The translations under genes were made by a program, and so were the position numbers. This document shows positions 30,358 to 39,535 of a stretch of 64,000 bases of DNA, piece after piece; positions within the stretch are counted from its first letter, which is position 1; each line of letters begins with the position of its first letter. The notes beneath the pieces are model-generated. The model worked only from the letters and a program-made list of their open reading frames with translations. It made no database searches and had not been told where the DNA came from. Source of the DNA: Patescibacteria group bacterium. GTDB taxonomy: Bacteria > Patescibacteriota > Patescibacteriia > CAIXNZ01. Where the stretch lies: assembly GCA_041651155.1 (NCBI GenBank), contig JBAZJU010000004.1, positions 39,427 through 103,426 of the forward strand, in the 5' to 3' direction.

Positions 30358-30430
30358 CTCGTAGTTTCCACCTTCGCCCCGCGTTGCGGGGCTACGGTGG
30401 ACGGGCAATGGATTTTATATTTTAAATTAA

Positions 30431-30502
30431 GTCCTCGTAGTTCAATGGATAGAACGCAAGATTGCGGATCTTGTGATCTAGGTTCGATTCCTAGCGGGGG
30501 CA
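30431..30502 (+). tRNA. tRNA-Arg(GCG)
   Basis: GTCCTCG/CGGGGGC acceptor stem, CAAGA-TTGCGGA-TCTTG anticodon arm, GGTTCGATTCC. Confidence 0.9.
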
Positions 30503-30629
30503 CAGGTTCTCAGCCAAAGGCCTGGCCTTGGCCAAGACAGGCTGATTCGCCTCTGGCGGAGATTCCTAGCGGGGCACAATTATAATTAAAAATTCAAAGT
30601 GCGAAATTCAAAATTAAGGTTAATTTAAA

Positions 30630-32696
30630 ATGTATTCTTTGGAAACGCCAATTGAAGAGTTAACTCGAGTTGGGAAAGCGACGGCCGGCAGATTAAATCG
30701 GTTAGGGCTAAAGACAGTGAATGATCTATTGTACTATTGGCCGTTTCGCTATGAGGATTTTAGCCGCCTTATCGCTATCAAAGATTTACAGCCCAACCAG
30801 ATAGTGACAATTAAGGGCAAAATTGTTTTAATTGAAAACAGGAAAAGCCACAGGAAAAGAATGACCATAACAGAAGCTTTAATTGAGGATGAGACAGGTT
30901 CAATTAAAGTTGTCTGGTTCAACCAGCCTTATTTAATAAAAAATTTAAGAGCAGGCGAGGAAGTTTTTATTGCCGGCACGACTGAAATAAAAAACATGTC
31001 ATTGCAGTTTACTTCGCCGGCTTATGAAAAAATTTCTGATCGAGCGAGTATAAATACTGCAAAAATTGTCCCTGTTTATCCTTTAACCAGTAATTTAACT
31101 CAAAAACAATTGCGTTTTTTAATTAGTCTAATTTTAAATTCCACTAAGTTAATTACAGATTGGCTGCCAAATGAAATTAAAGAAAAATATAAATTGTTGA
31201 GTTTAAACTTAGCTTTAAACGAAATACATTTTCCTAAAAATTTGGAAACAATGGAACAGGCTCGTTATCGCCTTAAATTTGACGAGCTTTTTTTAATTGC
31301 CTTGCAAACCCAGCTTTTAAGGAAATTTTTAACACAAAATCCTGCTCCGGCCATTAAATTCCATGAGGCTAAAATTAAAAGTTTTGTAGATTCTTTGCCT
31401 TATGAATTAACAAATGATCAGAGAAAGGCTGCCTGGCAGATCATGATTGATTTAGCCAAAACCAAACCAATGAATCGTCTTTTGGAAGGCGATGTTGGTT
31501 CGGGCAAGACCGTTGTTTCTGCACTGGCAATATTAGATACTGTCTTGAATGGTTATCAGGCTGTTTTAATGGCGCCGACAGAAATTTTAGCCAGGCAGCA
31601 TTTTAATTCTCTAAGCAAATTTTTTCATAATTTTGCTATTAAAATAGCGCTCTTGACCCACAGTGAAAAGCTGGTAAATAATGATGAAAATTTAGAAAAA
31701 AACGAAGTCTTAAAAAAAATTAAAAATGGAGAAATAGATTTGATTATTGGTACGCATGCCCTGATCCAAGACTCAGTTGCCTATAAAAAAATCGGGCTGA
31801 TTGTAGTTGATGAGCAGCATCGTTTTGGCGTAGAACAGAGGAAAAAATTAAAAGATAAAAATAAAAATAAAAAATTGCCGCATTTTCTGTCAATGACTGC
31901 CACTCCTATCCCAAGATCACTAGCCTTAATTTTATACGGTGACTTAGACTTATCAATGATTAAAGAAATGCCCAAGGGCAGGAAAAAGATTATTACCAAG
32001 ATAATTGCTGAAAAAGAGCGGTCAAACGCTTATCAGTTTATCAAAGAGGAAATAGCTGCCCGCCGCCAGGTTTTTGTCATTTGTCCGCTGATAGATCCTT
32101 CGGATAAATTGGGAGTCAAATCAGTAACTGAAGAATTTAAAAAGCTTGATAAAGTAATTTTTCCTGATTTAAAAATTGGTTTGCTGCACGGCAAATTAAA
32201 AGCTAATGAAAAAGAAGAAATAATGAGAGAATTTAAAGACAATAAAATAAAAATTTTGGTTTCCACTTCTGTGATAGAGGTTGGGATTGATATTCCCAAT
32301 GCCACGATAATGATGATTGAAGGCGCTGATCGTTTTGGCTTAGCACAGCTGCATCAGTTTCGTGGCAGGGTTGGCAGGGGAGAACATCAGTCATCTTGTT
32401 TCCTGTTTACGGAAAATAATTCTCCCAAAACTCGGGAAAGACTGTCTGCCCTAACTCAATCAAATGACGGGTTCGCCTTAGCAGAATATGATCTTAAATT
32501 CCGCGGGCCTGGCGAAGTTTATGGTACGAGGCAATCAGGCCTGCCTGATATGCGGCTGGCAACTTTAAATGATTTAGACTTGATAGATCTGACGAAAAAA
32601 GTGGCTCAGGAATTTTTAGAAAAAAATAATTTAGATAATCATTCTTTGCTTAAGCTCAAATTGGAAGAAGGGAAAATGATGAATCATTTGGAATAG
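30630..32696 (+). CDS. recG: ATP-dependent DNA helicase RecG
   Basis: GDVGSGKT, DEQHRFG, MTATPIPR, QLHQFRGRVGRG, RGPGE. Confidence 0.97.
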   Translation: MYSLETPIEELTRVGKATAGRLNRLGLKTVNDLLYYWPFRYEDFSRLIAIKDLQPNQIVTIKGKIVLIENRKSHRKRMTITEALIEDETGSIKVVWFNQPYLIKNLRAGEEVFIAGTTEIKNMSLQFTSPAYEKISDRASINTAKIVPVYPLTSNLTQKQLRFLISLILNSTKLITDWLPNEIKEKYKLLSLNLALNEIHFPKNLETMEQARYRLKFDELFLIALQTQLLRKFLTQNPAPAIKFHEAKIKSFVDSLPYELTNDQRKAAWQIMIDLAKTKPMNRLLEGDVGSGKTVVSALAILDTVLNGYQAVLMAPTEILARQHFNSLSKFFHNFAIKIALLTHSEKLVNNDENLEKNEVLKKIKNGEIDLIIGTHALIQDSVAYKKIGLIVVDEQHRFGVEQRKKLKDKNKNKKLPHFLSMTATPIPRSLALILYGDLDLSMIKEMPKGRKKIITKIIAEKERSNAYQFIKEEIAARRQVFVICPLIDPSDKLGVKSVTEEFKKLDKVIFPDLKIGLLHGKLKANEKEEIMREFKDNKIKILVSTSVIEVGIDIPNATIMMIEGADRFGLAQLHQFRGRVGRGEHQSSCFLFTENNSPKTRERLSALTQSNDGFALAEYDLKFRGPGEVYGTRQSGLPDMRLATLNDLDLIDLTKKVAQEFLEKNNLDNHSLLKLKLEEGKMMNHLE

Positions 32697-32712
32697 ATTA
32701 TAAATCAAAAAT

Positions 32713-32754
32713 AAAACCGAAGAGGCGATTGGCCAATCGCCTCTTCGGTTTTTT
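32713..32754. terminator. Bidirectional terminator between convergent recG and mpg
   Basis: Perfect palindrome AAAACCGAAGAGGCGATTGG/CCAATCGCCTCTTCGGTTTT. Confidence 0.8.
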
Positions 32755-32761
32755 AAGGCAA

Positions 32762-33391
32762 CTATTTTTTAGAGATAAATTCACTATTTTTTAAATAGTA
32801 CCGCCACAACTTATCTTTGTATTTGCCTGCGTAATCAACGCCAATTCTTTTGGCGCTTTTTATCTGAGAAGAATTGGTTTTAAGAGGATTTTCAGCTAAA
32901 AATAGTTTTTTGCTATTAATTAAATTTTCGCCATTTAATTTTTTATCAATTTTCAGCGCGCGACAGAGTTTGCCTGGGCCGTTGGTTAAAGAATTCTGAA
33001 TTCTGAATTCCGAATTATTAAATTTGGTTTTTATTTTGTAGTTCAGGGCGGCCTGTTTAAATCCAGAAATTGGTTGTATAGCGCGGATTAAGATCGCGGC
33101 CGGGAATTCCTTGGCTTCAGTCACTATATTAAAGCAGTAATACATGCCATAAATTAAATATATGTAAGCAGTTCCGGCTGGTCCAAACATTATTTTGGTA
33201 CGTTCTGTTTTGCCGCGTGAAGCATGTGAGGCAAGATCTTTGGACCCGTAATATGCTTCAGTTTCCACAATTTTACCAATTAAAATTTTTGAACCAATTT
33301 TCCTGACAATAAATTTGCCAAGGAGCGACTTGGCAAGTTTAAAAGTGTTTTGGTGATAAAATTTTGCTGGCAAGCGTTTTAATTTTGACAT
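32762..33391 (-). CDS. 3-methyladenine DNA glycosylase (MPG/AAG family)
   Basis: IVETEAY, YIYLIYGMYYCFN, GPGKLCRAL, RIGV; ATG at 33391. Confidence 0.92.
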   Translation of the reverse strand: MSKLKRLPAKFYHQNTFKLAKSLLGKFIVRKIGSKILIGKIVETEAYYGSKDLASHASRGKTERTKIMFGPAGTAYIYLIYGMYYCFNIVTEAKEFPAAILIRAIQPISGFKQAALNYKIKTKFNNSEFRIQNSLTNGPGKLCRALKIDKKLNGENLINSKKLFLAENPLKTNSSQIKSAKRIGVDYAGKYKDKLWRYYLKNSEFISKK

Positions 33392-33406
33392 ACCAAATAG
33401 GGTAAT

Positions 33407-33443
33407 AAGAGGTTCGGCCTCCAATTTGGAGGCCGAACCTCTT
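33407..33443. repeat. 37-bp perfect palindrome (REP-like), copy 1
   Basis: AAGAGGTTCGGCCTCCAA-T-TTGGAGGCCGAACCTCTT. Confidence 0.75.
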
Positions 33444-33468
33444 AACAAATCGCGCCTGTGTATAATGG

Positions 33469-34803
33469 TTAAAGTATTTTTTTTATAGCTTCTTCCAGGC
33501 TTTTAACCATTGTTACTTTTTTATCTGTTTTAAAAACAGGCGTAATAATATTTTTAAAATTCATTTTTTGCGCTTCTTCAATTCTTTTTTCCATTTGAGA
33601 AACTGGCCGAATTTCCCCGCCTAACCCGACTTCGCCAATTATTAAAGTATCAGGTTTAATAATTTTGTCTTTAAATGAGGAAATAATTGCCAGACAAACT
33701 GCCAAATCAGCGCCAGTTTCAATAATTTTAAGTCCGCCTGTAACATTCAGATGCACGTCTTGGTTGACCAAGGGAATATTGGCTCTTTTGATTAAGACCG
33801 CAATTAACATCTGCAAGCGATTCAAATCAAAACCCGAGGTTTTTCTTTGCGGATAGCCAAACAGGGTTTTACTGGATAATGCTTGAACTTCAATTAAAAA
33901 TGGCCTGACGCCTTCCATAATGCAGGTTAGACTAGAGCCAGAAATTGATTCCTGGTTATGAGGCAAAAAAAGTTCAGAAGGATTTTTTACTTCCAAAAGT
34001 CCAGTGCCAGTCATGCTAAAGACGCCGAGTTCATTTGTTGAACCAAAGCGATTTTTAGCGCAGCGCAAGAGCCGAAAATCATTCTGGCTGGAACCTTCCA
34101 AATACATAACAGCATCAACCAGATGTTCTAATGATTTTGGGCCGGCAACCAGGCCGTCTTTGGTTACATGGCCAATGATTAAAATTGGGATATTGAATTT
34201 TTTAGCAATTTCCAAAAGTTTTACAGTACAAATTCGTACCTGGTTAATTGAACCGGCTTCTGAGGGCAGTTCCGTGGAATATAAAGTTTGAATGGAGTCA
34301 ATAATTAACAGACTGGGTTTTTCTTCAATGGCAAAAGCCACAATTTTTTCCATGTTATTTTCACCCAGGAATTTTAAATTTGAAAAATCAAGATTCAAGC
34401 GATCAATTCTCATTTTAATCTGAGAGGCTGATTCCTCGCCTGAGACATATAAAATAGGGGACTTAATTTTATCGCAAATCTGCAAGACCAGAGTTGATTT
34501 GCCAATGCCTGGTTCGCCGCCGAGTAAAATTAAGGAGCCGACAACAATCCCGCCGCCTAGTACCCGGTCAAATTCAGAGACCTGAGTTTGCAATCGGGCT
34601 TGGCTCGGCGGCGGCGTTTTTTGAAAATCAATCAGCTGGTTTTTATCAACTTTGGTTATTGTAGATTGGAGATTTGAGATTGGGGATGAGATTTCTTCAC
34701 TTACAGTGCCCCAAGAGCCACAAGTAGTACAACGCCCAGTCCACTTGGGGAATTGGGCGCCACACTTTGAGCAGGTGAAGATGGTTTGAGGTTGTTTGGG
34801 CAT
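33469..34803 (-). CDS. radA: DNA repair protein RadA/Sms
   Basis: CSKCG...CTTC zinc finger, GEPGIGKS, IDSIQ, KNRFG, GEVGLGGEIR. Confidence 0.96.
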   Translation of the reverse strand: MPKQPQTIFTCSKCGAQFPKWTGRCTTCGSWGTVSEEISSPISNLQSTITKVDKNQLIDFQKTPPPSQARLQTQVSEFDRVLGGGIVVGSLILLGGEPGIGKSTLVLQICDKIKSPILYVSGEESASQIKMRIDRLNLDFSNLKFLGENNMEKIVAFAIEEKPSLLIIDSIQTLYSTELPSEAGSINQVRICTVKLLEIAKKFNIPILIIGHVTKDGLVAGPKSLEHLVDAVMYLEGSSQNDFRLLRCAKNRFGSTNELGVFSMTGTGLLEVKNPSELFLPHNQESISGSSLTCIMEGVRPFLIEVQALSSKTLFGYPQRKTSGFDLNRLQMLIAVLIKRANIPLVNQDVHLNVTGGLKIIETGADLAVCLAIISSFKDKIIKPDTLIIGEVGLGGEIRPVSQMEKRIEEAQKMNFKNIITPVFKTDKKVTMVKSLEEAIKKIL

Positions 34804-34963
34804 AACGGGCTTTCATTGATCGGACGCTTTAGTAGTGTCCGATGGCTATCTTCGACACTAAAGTGTCAAAGAGAGGAGGTGATATCTTTATCTTAACAAA
34901 TTCCCTTAAAAAAGAAAAACGTCCTATAGCTGGACGTTTTTTTCTCTAATATGTAAAAAGATT

Positions 34964-35260
34964 TTATAAAATTTGCGGAAAGGGCTCCATTGATAAGATT
35001 TTTTTAACATCTTCATCAGTAATTATTTTACGCTCTTTTAAAATGTCAACGAGAGCGCGTACTTTAGTATCTTCTTTACGCATGAGCACTGTTAGGTCGC
35101 CCCGCAAGTCAGCTAGTTTATCATCAAGATAATCTTTAGTGACCATTGTAGCTTCAATTTTATTAAGTCGCGACTCAACGCCGTCAAACCTTTTTTCAGT
35201 TTGATTAGCAAAATCATTTATTGACTCTAATATTTCTTGATTTGATACTTCTTTATTCAT
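34964..35260 (-). CDS. Small coiled-coil protein on an islet between two radA 5'-end copies
   Basis: 98 aa, heptad pattern; own minus-strand TTGACA-17-TATAAT promoter at 35286-35314 and hairpin near 34917. Confidence 0.75.
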   Translation of the reverse strand: MNKEVSNQEILESINDFANQTEKRFDGVESRLNKIEATMVTKDYLDDKLADLRGDLTVLMRKEDTKVRALVDILKERKIITDEDVKKILSMEPFPQIL

Positions 35261-35330
35261 AGAAATTAAACTTATTTATAGTTTAATTATATATTGTAGG
35301 CACAATGGTGTCAAACAGCCGGATAGCGCT

Positions 35331-35399
35331 CAGTCCACTTAGGAAATTGGGCGCCGCACTTTGAGCAGGTGAAGATGGTTTGAGGTTGTTTGGACATAA
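35331..35399 (-). pseudogene. Duplicated 5' fragment of radA
   Basis: 66 of 69 nt identical to 34737-34805; encodes MSKQPQTIFTCSKCGAQFPKWT then diverges and stops. Confidence 0.85.
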
Positions 35400-35435
35400 A
35401 GGAAAAAGAATAAGAGTGGTTTTCCCTCTGATTTT

Positions 35436-36998
35436 TTAATTTGCTTCGCATTCTGCTTTATCAGCACATTTGCTAGCTCCAAAAAGAGCGCCAATGCAAC
35501 AATTAGATTGGCAAGCATATCTTGATAGAGGCCACGCTCCGCTTTCATAATCATTAACTACCCAGCCAAAGCATGCCGTACCATTCGGGGCTTTTGGCGT
35601 GCAGACTCCTGCCCCTGTGCAGCCATTGCCATCAGAAGCGATGCCAGAAAGAAAGTTATGGCAGGCACAAAATAATCCGGAAACACAATTAAGATTACTT
35701 GTGCAGACGGCACCTTTTTGGCCTTGGAAATCTTTTGGTGCGCATAAGGCTAAAGTGCCGCCAGAACAGTTTCCGCTTAAACATACTGCATTTGTCCCGC
35801 CGCCAAATATTCCTAACAGAGTGTTATATGTTGAGTCACCTAATACAAGTTCACTGCAATTTGCACCATTTTCCCTTTTTGGGAAACAAGAACCTTGTTG
35901 ATTTGCTCCTTTTGAAGCACAATACCAGTTTGCTTCGGGTTGGCATTTTGTGCTTGCATCACAGGTTAAAAGAGGTCCAATCTTTGTACAGCAGATTGGT
36001 TTAGATGTATCCAGGCAAACTCCTCCGTTAGAACTTGCTGTTAGGCCAGCGGCATCACCTTGTCCGCAAGCGCTAGCATAACATTGAGCCAAAGGATCTT
36101 TACCATTACATGTGCTGGCGAATGCTTGTTGAGCTGTGGGCACAGCAGCGCCTTGGCATTGATCAAAACTGACGATTTTACCTTTACAATCAGCCTGAGT
36201 GGAAAAATAAAAGTTTGTGCCGCTTTGGCAGCAATACTGGGCGGTTATTTGTTCAGGGGGTGTTATGGGTTGAAAGGTGATGGTGCCAGGACTAACGATT
36301 TGCAGAACAAAAATAGCAAAAAGTGAAATAAATAAGCCCAGCAAGGCTTTGATAATCGTGCTTTTGGCCTGGCCAATTTTACCGCTATCTCCGCCTGACA
36401 CGATCCAACGAACTCCGCCGATTATAATCATCACAATAGCAACGACGACAACAACCGAAGAGCCAAAAGTAAAAAGAGCTTTAATATAATCGCCAATAGT
36501 GGAGCCGGAAATGGTTAATTCTGATAAGTTGCTCAAAGGTATTTGGAGCTGTAATTTTATCGTTTCTGTCGCAACAGGCGGCGTGTAAGGTTGGATAGTC
36601 GTATCTGCTGCTGTACCTGCTGCGGGGTTTGTTGCTGGGCTAGTTGGCGTCAAGGGCTGGCAGCAATAATTATTTGGCGATTTATTATTGGCGCACCAGC
36701 TATCAAGGGTAAAGCCAGCTGTTCTATCTGGGCAGGTTTTTGATTCGCACTTATTGGGATCTGCGCAAGTTATTCCAGTAGTTTTAGGAACACAGCAATA
36801 TATCTCAAGCCCAGACTGGCAGTCAATACTATCAGCAACTGTTGGGGCAAGATCAGTTGTATCGCAAGCAGGCAAGGATTTGCAAGTACCTGTGGCTCCG
36901 GAAAGATTTTTACAGGTCGCCGCTAATACATTTTGAGGAAATAAGAATAATAAAGCCAGCAGGAATAAATATAAAAATCCCAGAATATTTTTTTTCAT
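35436..36998 (-). CDS. Pilin (TrbC/VirB2-like) domain protein with Cys-rich extracellular modules
   Basis: Signal peptide; AIVMIIIGGVRWIVSGGDSGKIGQAKSTIIKALLGL pilin-like hairpin; CC-containing repeats on both sides. Confidence 0.75.
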   Translation of the reverse strand: MKKNILGFLYLFLLALLFLFPQNVLAATCKNLSGATGTCKSLPACDTTDLAPTVADSIDCQSGLEIYCCVPKTTGITCADPNKCESKTCPDRTAGFTLDSWCANNKSPNNYCCQPLTPTSPATNPAAGTAADTTIQPYTPPVATETIKLQLQIPLSNLSELTISGSTIGDYIKALFTFGSSVVVVVAIVMIIIGGVRWIVSGGDSGKIGQAKSTIIKALLGLFISLFAIFVLQIVSPGTITFQPITPPEQITAQYCCQSGTNFYFSTQADCKGKIVSFDQCQGAAVPTAQQAFASTCNGKDPLAQCYASACGQGDAAGLTASSNGGVCLDTSKPICCTKIGPLLTCDASTKCQPEANWYCASKGANQQGSCFPKRENGANCSELVLGDSTYNTLLGIFGGGTNAVCLSGNCSGGTLALCAPKDFQGQKGAVCTSNLNCVSGLFCACHNFLSGIASDGNGCTGAGVCTPKAPNGTACFGWVVNDYESGAWPLSRYACQSNCCIGALFGASKCADKAECEAN

Positions 36999-37035
36999 GA
37001 GGTTGGTATAAAATTTAATTTTAAAGGGGAGTGTT

Positions 37036-37728
37036 TTATTGGAGCTTGGCATCAATGATTTTTTTAAGCGTATCCACGTTTAGGTAGCCTTCAACTTTTT
37101 CATCATTGATATAAACAGTCGGGATGGAAACAATTTGTAAATTTATGGCGTCATTAATATTTTGAGTCAAGACCGGGTTGAATTTTTTAGCCTCATAGCA
37201 CTGGTTGAATTTTTCCAGATCCAGGCCTAATTGATTGGCATACTCGCGATAGATCTGTAAATTTAAGTTGTTAAGATTTTGAAAAATCAAATCTTTGTAG
37301 GGCCAAAATTTTCCTTGGTCGCTTGCGCAATAAGCAGCAGTCGTGGCATTTAGGTTTTCTGCCGTATTGGTGATGGGCAGGCTCTTATACACAAAAAGCA
37401 CCTTATTCCCGTATAATTTTTGTAATGAGGCTGAATTTTTTTCCCAGTCAGCGCAGGCCGGGCAGCCAAAATCAGTATATTCATAGACTGTGACCTTGGC
37501 GCCAGTTAGTCCAAGAGAAGGATCAAAACGATTAATTTGAGGTGAAACTCGAGTAAGCTCTTGCTGTTGCCCTTTATAATATTTATCCATCGTAGTTACT
37601 AAAGACCAGTAATTCCATGAATAGCCGACTATGATAAAAGAAAAAATAATTAAAACAATGACCGTAAAAATAATAAAATAAACAAAATAAAATTTGGTTG
37701 TAGTGAATTTACTTTTATCAAGAGGCAT
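37036..37728 (-). CDS. DsbA-family thiol-disulfide oxidoreductase
   Basis: EYTDFGCPAC, QGKFW, SIPTVYIN; N-terminal TM. Confidence 0.88.
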   Translation of the reverse strand: MPLDKSKFTTTKFYFVYFIIFTVIVLIIFSFIIVGYSWNYWSLVTTMDKYYKGQQQELTRVSPQINRFDPSLGLTGAKVTVYEYTDFGCPACADWEKNSASLQKLYGNKVLFVYKSLPITNTAENLNATTAAYCASDQGKFWPYKDLIFQNLNNLNLQIYREYANQLGLDLEKFNQCYEAKKFNPVLTQNINDAINLQIVSIPTVYINDEKVEGYLNVDTLKKIIDAKLQ

Positions 37729-37769
37729 AGCTTATTTTTAAAATAATTAGGGTTTTGTGCAAGGAAAAA

Positions 37770-39032
37770 TTATAAATCCATTTTTTTAATCTGGCCAGTA
37801 TTTTTTTCCAGCCAATAAAGGGTTTTGCCGTCAGTGCTGACAATCATTTTATCAATAGTAGTGGGAAATAGAGGCTGAGCTAGAAGTTGTTTAGCGCCTG
37901 TAGAAATATCTATTTTGTAAATATCATCAGGTGTTGAATTTGCCATATCTGGACTAAAGCCCGAGCCCATTTCCAAGGTGCGCGGTACGCCGCAGTAAAT
38001 AATATTTTCTGAAGAAAAAACACATTTATCTGCCCAGGTTTGCAGATCTAAATTATTGCGGCCTGTGCCAAGAATATCCGGACTTGAATTTACCACCCAA
38101 AGTTCGGGATTATAATTTGATTGGCTGTTAAATACGCTATAAACCAGCTTATTGCCGCTGGGCGTCCAGGCGAACCTTAAATCTCTGCCTTCTACAATCA
38201 GACTGGCGTAGTTTTCCCCGTTCAAACCAATAGGCAAAACTTCAGAACGGTCGCCATCTAATGGTGAACGTGCCAGGGCGACGTATGAATTATTTGGCGA
38301 CCAGGTTGTATAAACATATTCATCCTCCTCTCCCAGGCGCTCAATTTCCTTATAATTGCCGCCGTTAGAATCAGCTATTGCCAGAAATCTATTTTCGGGG
38401 TCTACGCGCATATCTTTAAAAGCGATTTTTGTCGAGTCGGGAGAAAATACAAAGTCTTTCCAATGGCTAGGCAGAGTTACTGATTTATTTTGGTTAAAAT
38501 CATAAATTAATTTTGAGCCATCAGGATATTCTAAAATTGCTTTTTGCTTATTAGGTGCAAAGATGGCGTTGGACACATTTTTGAAAATCTGGTCTGAAAA
38601 AAATTGTTTCTGTCCATCAGGCGTTAAGTCATAAAAATAACCAGTAGTTGAATCATAATAAATTAAATCTTTGCCATTTGTCGCTAAAGCAGGACTTTTG
38701 GCAGGGGTATTAATTAAAGTTTGGAATGAGGTGATGCCGCCATTGGCTTGATAGGCAATCGCTGGCGTAGATGGGCCGCTAGGCGTTAAAGGAAGACTAG
38801 GAATTTCCGGGCGTAAACCGGGCGGGATGCTGACAGTAGGAGGAATATTTAAATTTAGCGCAGGGGGAATTGTAGGCAAGCCTATGGTGGAAGGAGGCGT
38901 AACAATTGGCCCAGTGATTGTTGGAGGAGAAATGATTGGCCTAAAAAATAAATAATATATAGCTAGAGCTAATAGCAGAGTAACAACTACAAAAAGAATT
39001 ACGAGTAATATTTTTTTTGTGCGGTCAGACAT
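37770..39032 (-). CDS. Membrane-anchored beta-propeller (TolB-like) protein with Pro-rich linker
   Basis: N-terminal TM, Pro-rich stalk, FSPDSTKIA/WSPN/WTPSGNKLVY repeats. Confidence 0.7.
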   Translation of the reverse strand: MSDRTKKILLVILFVVVTLLLALAIYYLFFRPIISPPTITGPIVTPPSTIGLPTIPPALNLNIPPTVSIPPGLRPEIPSLPLTPSGPSTPAIAYQANGGITSFQTLINTPAKSPALATNGKDLIYYDSTTGYFYDLTPDGQKQFFSDQIFKNVSNAIFAPNKQKAILEYPDGSKLIYDFNQNKSVTLPSHWKDFVFSPDSTKIAFKDMRVDPENRFLAIADSNGGNYKEIERLGEEDEYVYTTWSPNNSYVALARSPLDGDRSEVLPIGLNGENYASLIVEGRDLRFAWTPSGNKLVYSVFNSQSNYNPELWVVNSSPDILGTGRNNLDLQTWADKCVFSSENIIYCGVPRTLEMGSGFSPDMANSTPDDIYKIDISTGAKQLLAQPLFPTTIDKMIVSTDGKTLYWLEKNTGQIKKMDL

Positions 39033-39057
39033 AATATTTTTTTTAAAATTAAATAAT

Positions 39058-39516
39058 TTAAGAGATAATGCCGACAACTATTAAAGCCGGTGTAAATATT
39101 ATAATTAAGGCGAATAAAACCAAAATGATTAAGATGAAATCTAAAAGGAAAAGAGCGATAATTTCAAACCATTTTGGCGCGCCTCCGCCTTTTCCCGGCA
39201 TGGCCTCGCTGGCTGTTTTTGGCAGCCATTCTTCTCCGAAATCACTAAATAGATTTGAACCCGCAATATATTTGCCTAAAAAATGAAAATTAATATAGAT
39301 AAGCGTCAAACCAAAAGAATCAATCAGGTTTAACCAGGAAAATTTTAAGGCTTGAGCTGTAAATTTAGCGCCCACTTTTGAAACTGGAGATTCTGCATTT
39401 TCCTGAGTCTGATTTTGTCTCATTGCTATTAATTGTCGCTTGCGCAGCTGCAACGCTCTAGCAGTTTCGGCATTATTTTTATTCTCTGATTCTTGTTTCT
39501 GAGTTTGAGCACACAT
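39058..39516 (-). CDS. Hypothetical membrane protein
   Basis: 152 aa, C-terminal hydrophobic segment, co-oriented with neighbours. Confidence 0.6.
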   Translation of the reverse strand: MCAQTQKQESENKNNAETARALQLRKRQLIAMRQNQTQENAESPVSKVGAKFTAQALKFSWLNLIDSFGLTLIYINFHFLGKYIAGSNLFSDFGEEWLPKTASEAMPGKGGGAPKWFEIIALFLLDFILIILVLFALIIIFTPALIVVGIIS

Positions 39517-39535
39517 AATTCAAGACCTTATCTCA

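Noticed and set aside
29131-30585. ORFs 29131-29523, 30282-30503 and 30397-30585
   Set aside because: They overlap tRNA genes and repeat elements and are translation artefacts.
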